64,000 bases of DNA, taken from NCBI GenBank assembly GCA_022827055.1, contig JAJDTR010000075.1:758-64757 (forward strand), read 5' to 3'. Positions 8,717 to 18,686 of the stretch are shown piece by piece. The translations under genes were made by a program, and so were the position numbers. The first letter of the stretch is position 1. Each line of letters starts with the position of its first letter. The notes under the pieces were generated by a model. The model saw only the letters and a list, made by a program, of their open reading frames with translations, had not been told where the DNA came from and did not search any database. This DNA is from Candidatus Poribacteria bacterium (GTDB taxonomy: Bacteria; Poribacteria; WGA-4E; JAJDTR01).

Positions 8717-9898
8717 CTACGGGATTTCATTGCCAAAAATCAGTGTGCATTGGTCCGCCATGGAGCCACCGTTGCCATTGGACAAGCCGAAGGTTGCGCT
8801 CTCAACTTGGAGGTCGCCGGCTCTGCCCATCAGTTGTCGGGCGGCTTCGATGGAGTGCATGAGGTGGATGCCGGGGTTCGGCTGTCCTCTGCCGAGTTGG
8901 CCGCCATCAGTATTGAGCGGCATGTCTCCCTTGTAGGTCAGATCGGTTTCCTCGACATACGCCGCACCTTCTCCCTTCTCGCAGCAGCCGATGTCCTCAA
9001 GCGAAATCACGACCGTGATGGTGTAGCAATCGTAGAGCTCGACGAAATCCATGTCCTGAATTTTCAATCCTGACATCGCGAATGCGTGCTTCGCCGCGAG
9101 CTTGACCGGGGAGGTGGTGAGGGAGCGCTCGTAGCCGTAGGCTGGATTCCACAATCCTCTGTCGAACTGTTGCCCTCCGCCCAAAAGATAGACCGGCGAA
9201 TTATTGGTGTCCTTAGCCCGTTCCGCCGTTGTCATCACCAACGCACAACCGCCGACACATGGCATGACAATCTCGAAGAGGTGGAGCGGATCGCAGATGA
9301 GCCGCGAATCTAGCACGTCTTCCACGGTGACCTGTTTTTTCAGCAGGGCATTCGGAAACTTCGAGGCGTGATGGCGCGCGTTGATGACAACATGCGCGAA
9401 CTGGTCGTCCGTAGCGTTGAATTCGTGCATATACCGCCGTTTGATCATGGCGTATGCGGAGTTGTTGAACATGGGCCCGTAGATGCTGTCGAAATCCCGT
9501 TCAAACGCCGTACCGGTCTCCAGCCCGAATTCGTAGATGCGCTTGGGATCCATGACACTGCCGGCGACAATCAGGATATTGTTGCAGAGACCTCCCGCCA
9601 ACGCCGCCGCCCCGTAGAGGATTGCCGCATTGCCCGATGCCCCGCCGCGATAGACGTTGTCGAGAAACCGCGGGTGGAGTTGAAGGTATTCCTGCAAGTC
9701 CTCGGTCCAGGTGGGTTCCTCGTCGAGCGGATAGATTGAGATTAAGCCGTCAATGTCGTCTTTCGTCAGTCCGGCATCCTCAATGGCGAGTTTCGCCGCC
9801 CGGCAGTACTCCGTGTAGTTGGATCGATCGCCGGGATTGCTCTTGAGAAATTCGGTTTCGCCATAGCCGACGATTGCCGCTTTGCCCTTTATGCTCAT
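8717..9898 (-). CDS. Thiolase-like protein (SCP-x / nonspecific lipid-transfer-type thiolase family)
   Basis: 393 aa. Thiolase N- and C-domain signatures (AIVGYGET..., catalytic Cys region, C-terminal GG...G). Pairs with DUF35 as in the archaeal thiolase/HMGCS complex and the BbsAB-type thiolases. Confidence 0.75.
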   Translation of the reverse strand: MSIKGKAAIVGYGETEFLKSNPGDRSNYTEYCRAAKLAIEDAGLTKDDIDGLISIYPLDEEPTWTEDLQEYLQLHPRFLDNVYRGGASGNAAILYGAAALAGGLCNNILIVAGSVMDPKRIYEFGLETGTAFERDFDSIYGPMFNNSAYAMIKRRYMHEFNATDDQFAHVVINARHHASKFPNALLKKQVTVEDVLDSRLICDPLHLFEIVMPCVGGCALVMTTAERAKDTNNSPVYLLGGGQQFDRGLWNPAYGYERSLTTSPVKLAAKHAFAMSGLKIQDMDFVELYDCYTITVVISLEDIGCCEKGEGAAYVEETDLTYKGDMPLNTDGGQLGRGQPNPGIHLMHSIEAARQLMGRAGDLQVESATFGLSNGNGGSMADQCTLIFGNEIP

Positions 9899-10036
9899 GT
9901 GTGGCAGAACCTCTTAGAAGCAGTGGTCAGTGGTTAGTGGTCAGTGACCAGTCAAGAGACAGTGATTAGTGACTAGTTAAAAAGCAGTGAATAGAGGATA
10001 GCATGTGCGGGGAGTTGTCCCGCTTAAAAACCTCCC

Positions 10037-10996
10037 CTAATAGGACTGGGGCTGGTTGTTTACGAGGAAGATTGGCGCCGGGGGCAAGCCTTCCCAGTCG
10101 CGAGAGCCGTCCGGATGCTTACGGATGGTGAACCGGTCGAAAATCTCTCCAGCCAGGTTTTTCGCCTCCGCCGTGAGTGTTTCATCCGTCAGTTTTATCT
10201 TGAGATAGTGCATCTGATGGACGGCGATCACTGCATCAAACCATTGCGGAACCGCATCTTCAGCATCTACCGGGCGGTAGGCGTTACAGCCGCCACCCAA
10301 CGTGATAAACGCCGTGCCTCGTGAGTCGTCGCGTACGCGGCTGACGGGGTTTACCGGGTAGGTGCGCTCGTAGAAGTGTTGATGACCTCGAAAGACGAGA
10401 TCGATACCCTCACGCCATGCGAGGGGCTCCACACATTCGGATATTTCGGGTAAACCGGGACCGTCGTTAGGCGCGTCCAAGCGGCAGAAGGCGGTGCCGG
10501 GTTCATGGTGATAGACGAATCGCCAGGGGGCGTTCCGCGAGCGTTCGAGATCTCGCGTAAACCATTCGAGTTGGGACATTCTGCCTTCGGGCAGATCGAA
10601 CTCCTCGTTCAGCACACTGTAGGAAAGCGGGGTGACACACAAGCCGATGAAATGGGCGGGAGCGGCATCGAACGAATAGAAGAAACCCGGGACGTATTGC
10701 TCCAATCGCTCAAGCCATTGTTTGCGCGCGGCGTCGAAATCGCCGTCGAAGTCGTGGTTGCCCGGAATCGGACGGAGCGGTATCCCCGCCTCGGTCAGCG
10801 GACGGATGCGTTCGAAGAAGGCGTCCCACGGCGCCGGGTCCGCGCCTTTCGCCATGACGAGATCGCCGGGTATCACGACGAATTCGGGGTTTTCCGCGAC
10901 GAGGTGCTCGGCGAGATGTGTCAGGTTGTCGTCGGGGATTTGCCAATCCGCAACAACGCAGAAGTTGAGTTCGGTAGGGTTGGGTGTGTTCTCCAT
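10037..10996 (-). CDS. Calcineurin-like metallophosphoesterase (purple-acid-phosphatase-like)
   Basis: GDLV...GNHDF...GHQHFYER metal-binding motifs. Confidence 0.7.
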   Translation of the reverse strand: MENTPNPTELNFCVVADWQIPDDNLTHLAEHLVAENPEFVVIPGDLVMAKGADPAPWDAFFERIRPLTEAGIPLRPIPGNHDFDGDFDAARKQWLERLEQYVPGFFYSFDAAPAHFIGLCVTPLSYSVLNEEFDLPEGRMSQLEWFTRDLERSRNAPWRFVYHHEPGTAFCRLDAPNDGPGLPEISECVEPLAWREGIDLVFRGHQHFYERTYPVNPVSRVRDDSRGTAFITLGGGCNAYRPVDAEDAVPQWFDAVIAVHQMHYLKIKLTDETLTAEAKNLAGEIFDRFTIRKHPDGSRDWEGLPPAPIFLVNNQPQSY

Positions 10997-11113
10997 TATA
11001 TCCTGTGTCCGTCAAGGGTTTTAGTAACGATTCGGTTTGTGAGATGGTATAAGGAGAGTTGAGTTGTCACTGTCTCGGACGCAGATGTAAATCACCGCGC
11101 CCTTACAGATGAA

Positions 11114-11548
11114 TCAACTCTGCTCATTCTCGTTGTGGTGGGCGAGGTGCGCTTTGTAATTCTGATTCAGTTCTCGGATTTCTGCCCGAAGGTCGCGTGT
11201 TCCCGTGTCAATTTTCTCATGAATCGCCTGAGAATTCGAATCTATCTTATCATTGAGTTTACTTATGTCAGCATGGATTGTCTGAGAAATGGATTCTATC
11301 TTATCGGCAAGGGTCAGAATCTTGGATCGCATCTGCCGCATATCCTCACGGATTTCTTTAGGGACCGCCAGAGTCAAATCAACCCCATGGTTGATTTGCT
11401 GTTGAAGATTATCATCTGCCCTGTTCATTTCCGCTTTACTGGGAATCCGCCAACCCAATAAAAAAATCGTGATGCATATACCGATGAGAGAACAGAGTCC
11501 GACTGCGAGCGGAACCCAGACCGTTATCACCTCAGTAAGCCCGTTCAT
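11114..11548 (-). CDS. N-terminally membrane-anchored coiled-coil protein, unknown function
   Basis: One TM segment (VWVPLAVGLCSLIGICITIFLLGW), then heptad-rich sequence with a repeated xISKLNDKIDSNSQAIHEKID pattern. Local GC is lower than the surroundings. Confidence 0.45.
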   Translation of the reverse strand: MNGLTEVITVWVPLAVGLCSLIGICITIFLLGWRIPSKAEMNRADDNLQQQINHGVDLTLAVPKEIREDMRQMRSKILTLADKIESISQTIHADISKLNDKIDSNSQAIHEKIDTGTRDLRAEIRELNQNYKAHLAHHNENEQS

Positions 11549-11922
11549 TGAATCTCTCCCCTGCAGGAGTTGATGTTAGCCTTCCTTTTCCATGTTTGAA
11601 TCGTGAATCGCACCTCATAGTGGCTTCCGGTCCGCGATTTAAGATATCTTACAGAGGTATGACAATAAATCCTAGCGAAACCGCACTCTATTATAACATA
11701 GCCCTATGGCAATGTGACAATCATCTCACAAATCTAACACGAACTATTTCGATTGAGTGGTTGTTTGACTATGTTTTAAGTGGCGCCGGTTTCCTTCCTT
11801 GCAGAGTAGTAGAATGATGGCAAGGAAAAACGCCCCCGGCGGCAGCAAGCAGTAGAATTCGTTTCCTTTCAACGTAGGCATTGAGATGTTATAAACGGGA
11901 AGGCGTCACCCAACCGTTTATG

Positions 11923-12471
11923 TTAAATTTTTTCCTCTCCGGTGGCGTTAATTACATCAAGCAACACAGGCTCGAATATGTTTCTCTGTTTTTCAATTAA
12001 ATGGCGGATGTTCACCTTCTTATAACATTTCGGCTTATTAGCATCTGCATAGGTTGTTCCTAACTCAAATCCTTGATTTCCAATACTGTCACGCGTTATA
12101 AAGTTAAACGCTGCACCCCATTCTGTATCTGTAGGATGTCCAACACTAGCGTTGCGAACCTCACGAATCTCCTTTAGGCATGGATTGCGGGGATAATCTT
12201 TCTTGAGAGCACATGTGAAATGTTTCACAGCGTCTTGTTGCAAAACAAGGGCTTGCAAAGTGCCATAGACGTACATGTATTTGCCGCCAATATCAAGTCC
12301 GTCAATGTCTGTCGTAAGGAAGGCTTCCAAACAACGTTCCGTATCCTTGATAACATCTAAGCAACTACATAACTGCATTTTTGTGGCGTGGTTTTCTAGA
12401 ACAGCAGGGCTGCCTTCCCATTTGTCGATTATGTCACGGACTTCATCAATAAGTATTTCCAGATTGTGCAT
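11923..12471 (-). CDS. Hypothetical protein (182 aa), no family recognised
   Basis: Start placed at the Met preceded by GGAGA (ATG at 12471). The region is AT-rich relative to its neighbours. Confidence 0.4.
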   Translation of the reverse strand: MHNLEILIDEVRDIIDKWEGSPAVLENHATKMQLCSCLDVIKDTERCLEAFLTTDIDGLDIGGKYMYVYGTLQALVLQQDAVKHFTCALKKDYPRNPCLKEIREVRNASVGHPTDTEWGAAFNFITRDSIGNQGFELGTTYADANKPKCYKKVNIRHLIEKQRNIFEPVLLDVINATGEEKI

Positions 12472-12612
12472 TCTAGTCTCCTCTGAGTAGATTGTTATGC
12501 GCTTGCGTCCCCTGTTGTCCGTTAGCGTATGCCACATCACCAGAAATTCTAGGGATGCGTACGTGCACCAAGGCATCTGCCATATTCGATGGAATTTAAG
12601 ATCGTGTCACGG

Positions 12613-14607
12613 TTAACGTTCTGTTCCGATAACAGCCGCAGCGGTCAAGTCCCAAACCAGAATAGTATCGTCATTACTCCCAGTGGCAAGCGTAGTTCCA
12701 TCAGGGGAGAATGCAACGGACTTTACTACTGACTTGTGTCCGATAAGGGTCTTCTTATGTTGCCCAGTACGTGCATCCCAAAGACGGATCGTCCAGTCCC
12801 AACCTCCGCTGGCGAGTGTGTCCCCGTCGGGGGAGAAAGCAATAGAATTGATTCTATTTTGCCCCATTAGGATTTGCTTGTGCTTTCCAGTGTGCGCGTC
12901 CCACAACTGAAGCGAGTCGTCGTCAGATAGCCAACTCGCACTAGCAAGAGTTCCACCATCAGGAGAAAATGCAATGTTCGTGATACTACGTGATTGTGCC
13001 TCTAGGACGCGCTTGCGTTCTCCAGTCTGCACATCCCACAAATGAATCGTGTTGTCCAGAAGACCTCCACTGGCAAGTAATGCGCCATCTGGAGCGAACG
13101 CAAGGGCCATGACGGCTTTTATATTTGCCTCATGTCGCTCAAGGGTTTTCTTGTGTTGGCCGCTCTGCGAATCCCACAAGCGAATCCTCCCGTCGTCATT
13201 ACCACCACCACTGGCAAGGGTTAGCCCATCCGGTGAGAACGCAATGGGACCGACTGAATCGGTATGCCCTATCAGGGTGTGTTTATTTTCACCAGTACGC
13301 GCATCCCACAAACGAATCATACGATCTGAGCTTCCACTGGCAAGGGTTAGCCCATCGGGCGAAAAGGCAACGGAACTGACAAAACTACTATGTCCCACAA
13401 GCGTCTGGATGTGTTCGCCGGTACGGGCATTCCACAAACGAACCGCGTTCTCCTGAGAACTCTCTTCACCAGTAGCAAGTATGAAGCCAGTGGGGGAAAA
13501 CGCTACGCAGGTAACATGCCCTAAGGTGGGTTCTACCAAAGTGTGTAGGTGCCTTCCCGTGCGAACATCCCATAGTCGAATTGACATGTCCTTAAACCCT
13601 CCAGCCCCGTATCCTCCGCCACTTTTAAGTGTAAGCCCGTCAGGAGAAAATGCAACTGAACTAACCTGAGCCGTATGACCTTCAAGGGTATGGAGGTGTC
13701 TCCCTGTTCGTACATCCCACAAACGGATCGTTTTGTCCTCAGAATCACCGCCGCTGGCAAGCGTAAATCCATCGGGAGAGAATGTTACGGCACTGACCCA
13801 ATCCGTGTGTCCAACAAGCGTCTGTTTGTGCTGCGCTGTTCGTACGTCCCACAAACGAATCGTTTTGTCCTTATATCCTCCACCGCTGGCAAGTGTGAGT
13901 CCATCGGGAGAGAACGCAATGGAGCATATTCCACCCGTATGCCCGGCTAGGATATGCTTCCGTTCTCCTGTGCGGACATCCCACAAACGAACAGTGTTTT
14001 TTTCATCAGCGTTGTCTTCTAGCAAGTGAATAAAGTTGTGGTAACTTCCGCTGGCGAGTGTAAGCCCGTCGGGGGAAAATGCAATGGTGCTAACCGTACC
14101 CGTATGGCCGGGAAGAACATGGAGTTGTTGGCCCGTGCGGGCCTCCCACAAACGGATTGTTTTGTCCTCATCCCCTGAACCGCTGGCAAGCATTTGACCA
14201 TTTGAGGAAAACGTAACAGAGGTCACGGCGTCTCTATGTCCAACAAAGGTCTGTTTGTGTTCACCAGTTTGCACATCCCACAAACGGACGGTCTCATCCC
14301 AACTCCCACTGGCAAGTGAAAGTCCATCTGGGGAGAACGCAACACAACTGACATTTCCCCTATGACCCGTGAGTAAGGCAATTTCAGCGCCACTGTGTGC
14401 GTCATACAACCAAACGCCTATAGAACTAGCCACCGCAATCCGATCTCCGTCCGGCGAACATGCAATTTCAGATATCCAACCTTTACCTATACGAAACTTT
14501 GCGCCTTCTGGCAAACCCCATTGCATATAGTCGTGTGCCAATCCGACTGATAGAAACCAAGAATAAACGAATAAGACACAAAGTTTGAAAAATCGATTTT
14601 TTCTCAT
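12613..14607 (-). CDS. Secreted WD40-repeat beta-propeller protein (about 14 WD40 repeats)
   Basis: Start at MRKNRFF (ATG at 14607, RBS-like AGAGGAT upstream) with a signal/TM segment. Tandem units follow of the form GH...V.SVAFSPDG..LASGS.D.TIRLWDV.TG. Confidence 0.85.
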   Translation of the reverse strand: MRKNRFFKLCVLFVYSWFLSVGLAHDYMQWGLPEGAKFRIGKGWISEIACSPDGDRIAVASSIGVWLYDAHSGAEIALLTGHRGNVSCVAFSPDGLSLASGSWDETVRLWDVQTGEHKQTFVGHRDAVTSVTFSSNGQMLASGSGDEDKTIRLWEARTGQQLHVLPGHTGTVSTIAFSPDGLTLASGSYHNFIHLLEDNADEKNTVRLWDVRTGERKHILAGHTGGICSIAFSPDGLTLASGGGYKDKTIRLWDVRTAQHKQTLVGHTDWVSAVTFSPDGFTLASGGDSEDKTIRLWDVRTGRHLHTLEGHTAQVSSVAFSPDGLTLKSGGGYGAGGFKDMSIRLWDVRTGRHLHTLVEPTLGHVTCVAFSPTGFILATGEESSQENAVRLWNARTGEHIQTLVGHSSFVSSVAFSPDGLTLASGSSDRMIRLWDARTGENKHTLIGHTDSVGPIAFSPDGLTLASGGGNDDGRIRLWDSQSGQHKKTLERHEANIKAVMALAFAPDGALLASGGLLDNTIHLWDVQTGERKRVLEAQSRSITNIAFSPDGGTLASASWLSDDDSLQLWDAHTGKHKQILMGQNRINSIAFSPDGDTLASGGWDWTIRLWDARTGQHKKTLIGHKSVVKSVAFSPDGTTLATGSNDDTILVWDLTAAAVIGTER

Positions 14608-14920
14608 GGATAATCCTCTTTGATGTTGGTACACCCCGCGGCGATGTATTCATAGAGCAACTTATACAATTTCAAAATCTAAATGTTACAGCCGATTTAA
14701 GACGCGCAATGAATTGTGCTACTACGAACCCCGGTTCCTGTAACTGATGGATTATGAATTAGTATTAATCCGTGACGTGATTCAGACAATTGCGAAAAAA
14801 GCCCCGGATGGAACCTTCAAAATGTATAACAACTCCTCTCTTCCAACCTTCCGTTCTTCCATCCTTCCCTACGCTCCATGCACCATCAAAACCACATGCG
14901 ATTGCCCTGTGGGCCGTCTC

Positions 14921-15670
14921 CTACTGCGCGGTGTAGCCGCCATCCACAATCAGAGAGGTGCCTGTCACCCAAGCGGACTCGTCGGAGGCGAGGTAGAGCG
15001 CGGCGGAGGCAACGTCCTCGGGCGTTCCCACCCTGCCGATGGGGTGCATGGCGGCGATTTCGTCGCCGCGTTGCGCCAGGTCTTCCCGGTTAAAGTCTAT
15101 CTCCACCCAGGCCGGACACACCGCATTCACGCGGATATTGTGCTCGGCAAAGTCCAGTGCCATACACTTCGTCAGGAGTTCGATGCCGCCTTTAGCTGCG
15201 TTGTAAGCGCCCTGTTTCCGCTGGCCAACGTGACCGGAGATTGAGGAGCAGTTGACAATGGCGCCGCCGCCGTTCTCTATCATGTGGGGAAGAGCGTATT
15301 TTGAGCACAAGAAATTACCCCGCAGATTTATCCCCATCAGGCTGTCCCACTCCTCTTCGGTCAACTCCATGATAGTTTTCCCGATCCCGATAAACACGCC
15401 GGCGTTGTTGAAAAGGATATCGAACTTGCCGTACTTCGACACGGTTTGATTAATCATGTGTTGAACCTGATCGCTCTTTGACACATCCATGGAAAGGTAG
15501 GATGCCTCCCCGCCTTCCGACTCAATCTGATTCACGGTGTCTTCAATCGGCTTTGTCCGTCTTCCGGTGATCATGACCCTTGCACCCTCTTGGGCAAAGC
15601 GTACCGCCGTACCGCGACCGATTCCTGTTCCGCCGCCGGTGACAATGGCGACCTTGTTCCTTAGTCTCAT
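14921..15670 (-). CDS. SDR-family NAD(P)-dependent oxidoreductase
   Basis: TGGGTGIG Rossmann motif, NNAG, catalytic YxxxK (YNAAK). Confidence 0.85.
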   Translation of the reverse strand: MRLRNKVAIVTGGGTGIGRGTAVRFAQEGARVMITGRRTKPIEDTVNQIESEGGEASYLSMDVSKSDQVQHMINQTVSKYGKFDILFNNAGVFIGIGKTIMELTEEEWDSLMGINLRGNFLCSKYALPHMIENGGGAIVNCSSISGHVGQRKQGAYNAAKGGIELLTKCMALDFAEHNIRVNAVCPAWVEIDFNREDLAQRGDEIAAMHPIGRVGTPEDVASAALYLASDESAWVTGTSLIVDGGYTAQ

Positions 15671-15748
15671 TATTTACCTGCCTCTCGGTAGAATTCCTTT
15701 CTAAACTAAAACAGGACAACCACAGGGGGTTGTCCCTACAACCCTTTT

Positions 15749-16705
15749 TTAAGATGGATTTACAACTCCAAGCGGTTGTTCTCCCGCAAAGACTTTTACG
15801 ACGTTTTCGGCTGCGCCGCGCGCCATCCGATACATAGCCTCCTCGGTTGACGCAGCCACGTGTGGACCTAACACGACGTTTTCGATTGATAGCAACGGAC
15901 TGTTCGTGGGCGGTTCCTGCGAGAACACATCCAATCCCGCGCCTGCAATCCAGCCCGCATTAAGCGCATGGATAAGGCTGGATTCGTCAACGATGGGACC
16001 ACGAGCTGTATTGACCAGATAGGCGGTCGGCTTCATCAATTTTAGTTCGGGTTCGCCGATCAAACCGGACGTCTCCGGGCTTAAGGGCGAGTGGATGCTG
16101 ACGAAATCGGCGCGTGCCAGGACTTCCTCCAACGGCAGGTAGGTTACGCCGTACTCCGTCGCGAACGCCTCATCTTGGAAGAGGTCATACGCCAAAATCG
16201 TCATGTCGAACCCGTATGCCCGTTTCGCCAATCGCTTGCCGATTTTGCCCAGCCCGATAATGCCCAGTGTCTTTTGGTATAACTCAACGCCGAGATGGGG
16301 TGACCAGCCACCGCGGCGGATGTCTCTATCTCCCTGCGGAATTTGACGGGCGACGGCAAGCATCAATCCCATCGCCAACTCGGCGACGCTTTCGCTGTTT
16401 GCATCTGGCGTCGTCGTCACGATGATGCCGCGTTCGGTCGCTGCCTCAAGGTCTATCGTGTCGAATCCTGCACCGGTGCGCGAGATAATCTTCAGATTGT
16501 CCGCAGCGGAAATCACGCGTCGGGTATAAGGGTGGCTCCCCGTGATTATTCCGTCTACGCCGCCTATGAGCGAGATAATCTCGTCCTCAGAAACTGGTTC
16601 TCGGGGATGATGCACGGAAAGTCTGCAATTTCGCGCTTCCAAGAAAGAGAGAATCTCGCTCCCATCCCATTCTTGAGGAAAAGCCAAAATCAATACATTA
16701 TTCAT
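15749..16705 (-). CDS. D-isomer-specific 2-hydroxyacid dehydrogenase family protein (PGDH / glyoxylate-reductase-like)
   Basis: GLGKIGKRLAKRA...D NAD-binding motif and a catalytic R/E/H arrangement (ARG...E...H). Confidence 0.8.
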   Translation of the reverse strand: MNNVLILAFPQEWDGSEILSFLEARNCRLSVHHPREPVSEDEIISLIGGVDGIITGSHPYTRRVISAADNLKIISRTGAGFDTIDLEAATERGIIVTTTPDANSESVAELAMGLMLAVARQIPQGDRDIRRGGWSPHLGVELYQKTLGIIGLGKIGKRLAKRAYGFDMTILAYDLFQDEAFATEYGVTYLPLEEVLARADFVSIHSPLSPETSGLIGEPELKLMKPTAYLVNTARGPIVDESSLIHALNAGWIAGAGLDVFSQEPPTNSPLLSIENVVLGPHVAASTEEAMYRMARGAAENVVKVFAGEQPLGVVNPS

Positions 16706-16837
16706 CTGTGGCCTCTGTTTTAGGTAGTTTTATGGTGTAGAGTTTGTGCTAACCGCCTCGATTCATTGAAAAAGGTGCGTAGCAAATAATGCGTAATACG
16801 TAATGGGGAATGGGAGTTCTACCGCGCGAAGATCTCT

Positions 16838-16913
16838 ATCGCACTCGCTAATCGCTCGCTTGATCCTATTCAGACATTCGATCGCCTGTAGGAGCGATCT
16901 CCGAATCACGACC
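16838..16913. repeat. Intergenic repeat family copy A (M1 module GATCTCTATCGCACTCGCTAATCGCTCGCTTGATC plus a hairpin/M2-complement module)
   Basis: Shares an identical 48-bp stretch with copy B, about 300 bp away. Contains the GATCGCCTGTAGGAGCGATC hairpin. Confidence 0.7.
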
Positions 16914-17140
16914 TAATTAAATCTTGGTAGCCGCAGAGGGGCGGAAGGTGTATAGATACATCGATTCGACCTACAGCAAAGCCCCAGAGGGGATCAAGCG
17001 AATGAATAATGAGCGCGATAGAGATCCCACAGGTGGAAACTGCCGACGTTACCCCATTCTAATTCGTTCGCTTGGTGCTGTCTCTACAATCGGCGAAGCA
17101 AGCCTTAAATCTTGAAAAGCGCAATTTCTGGCAGCGCACG

Positions 17141-17223
17141 GTATACTATCGCACTTGCTGTCCACTCGTTTGATCCTATTCAGACATTCGATCGCCTGTA
17201 GGAGCGATCTCCGAATCGCGACC
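17141..17223. repeat. Intergenic repeat family copy B
   Basis: Degenerate M1 module, then 48 bp identical to copy A (TTGATCCTATTCAGACATTCGATCGCCTGTAGGAGCGATCTCCGAATC). Confidence 0.7.
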
Positions 17224-17375
17224 TCACGACGATCTTCTACAGAGGTAGTGGCTAGCTGATAAAGAGAGAAAGAAGAGGAGAGTCACCATCAGCCGCCATT
17301 GGTATCCGTGCTGCTTGCAAACCTGCGACTTATTTTGAACTTCCGATACTTTCGCGTCGGATGATCGTCGGAAGC

Positions 17376-18533
17376 CTATGGCACGACGACCACTTTCATG
17401 CACTCCTCGGGCTGCATCGACCTCAGCATCGCCGATTCCGTTTGTAATAGCGGGTATTCGTGTGATACAAACTTTTCGAACGGGAATTGATCGGTATTCC
17501 GTAGCATCAGTTCCATGCTAGGGGTATAACCTGTGAAGGGGTGGTTGGTCATGCCGATGAGGCGGATATTCTTCGAACAGAAGTGGCGGTGCGGGCTGAG
17601 TGATACCTCCCCGGTATCGGCAAAGTTTCCCGGCTCAAGGTAAATGCCTCCTTTGCGCGTCATGTCCAGCCCTTCGGGCACGACCTCGGCGATGCCGGCG
17701 CACTCGATAACGATGTCGGCGCCGCGTCCGTGCGTTAGAGAACGAACAAAATCGACGCGCTCTTCCGATGTAGTTTCGGCGGCGTTGACGGTGTGATCGG
17801 CGCCGAACTCCTCTGCCAGTCCCAAACGGTATTCCGAGCGGTCAACCGCGATGATGTTGCCGGCACCCATCACGCGCGCTTTGATGAGGTGGCAAATTCC
17901 CATGGGTCCAACGCCTTGGATGACAACTGTGCTGCCGGTGGCGAAACCGTCGCCCGTGAGGGTGAATAGCTCCTTGGTCTTGTCGAGGTTATAGCTGACC
18001 GCCATGAGCTCCGCCATGACCGCGACGCGCAGGGGTATGCCTTCGGGCACCTTGTAGAGAAACGCGTTGGGCAGGATGTACATGTATTCCGCCCAACCTC
18101 CGAATAGGTGGGGCGATTCGGCGGAGGTGAAGGCGTTTCCGTAGCCCCGCAGATTCTCGCACCACGGAAACGCGAACGTATGCCGACATTCGTAGCATTC
18201 CCCGCACACAACGTCCGGACACAGCGCGACCCGATCGCCGACGCTCAACGGTTCGCCGTTGTAGTCGAGACGCGGACGTGCGCTGTCGTTGATTTCGGCG
18301 ATGACGCCAATGATTTCATGCCCCGGAATGATTGGAAACGGCGTATCGGATTCAGCGTCGGTGCCGGCGTACTGCTTCGTCTCGCCGCGCCAGGTGTGTT
18401 TGTCCGTACCGCAGATACCGCACATCTCGACCTTGAGGAGCACGGCGCCGTCTTCCAATTGCGGAAAGGGGAACTCCTGAATCTCAATCTTTCCCGGATG
18501 AACCATTACTGCGGCGTGTACGCTGTCGCCCAT
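17376..18533 (-). CDS. Zinc-dependent alcohol dehydrogenase (MDR superfamily; sorbitol/threonine-DH-like)
   Basis: CGICGTDKH catalytic-zinc motif, GHE, structural-zinc Cys cluster (CGECYEC), GxGxxG NAD site (IQGVGPMG). Confidence 0.85.
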   Translation of the reverse strand: MGDSVHAAVMVHPGKIEIQEFPFPQLEDGAVLLKVEMCGICGTDKHTWRGETKQYAGTDAESDTPFPIIPGHEIIGVIAEINDSARPRLDYNGEPLSVGDRVALCPDVVCGECYECRHTFAFPWCENLRGYGNAFTSAESPHLFGGWAEYMYILPNAFLYKVPEGIPLRVAVMAELMAVSYNLDKTKELFTLTGDGFATGSTVVIQGVGPMGICHLIKARVMGAGNIIAVDRSEYRLGLAEEFGADHTVNAAETTSEERVDFVRSLTHGRGADIVIECAGIAEVVPEGLDMTRKGGIYLEPGNFADTGEVSLSPHRHFCSKNIRLIGMTNHPFTGYTPSMELMLRNTDQFPFEKFVSHEYPLLQTESAMLRSMQPEECMKVVVVP

Positions 18534-18686
18534 GTTGTTTCCTCAGATTTACAGGTGCGCTCCATTCTTCTTAGGGGATAACAATCCTTATTCCCTACTT
18601 TGCCAAAATAGGAAGCGCGCCAAAAATCCCTCTGCCGCGCCGTAATCGTAAAAAGGGTTACGGCACAAGGAGTGTGCCTACTACTA

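Noticed and set aside
10505-11062. 185-aa plus-strand ORF
   Set aside because: Antisense to the metallophosphoesterase gene. No family features.
12700-14400. Strong DNA periodicity that could suggest a CRISPR array or tandem repeat
   Set aside because: The periodicity is the about 120-bp codon-level repeat of WD40 units inside a continuous ORF. There are no direct repeats with unique spacers.
14747-15244. 165-aa plus-strand ORF
   Set aside because: Overlaps the SDR gene on the opposite strand over most of its length. No recognisable domain.
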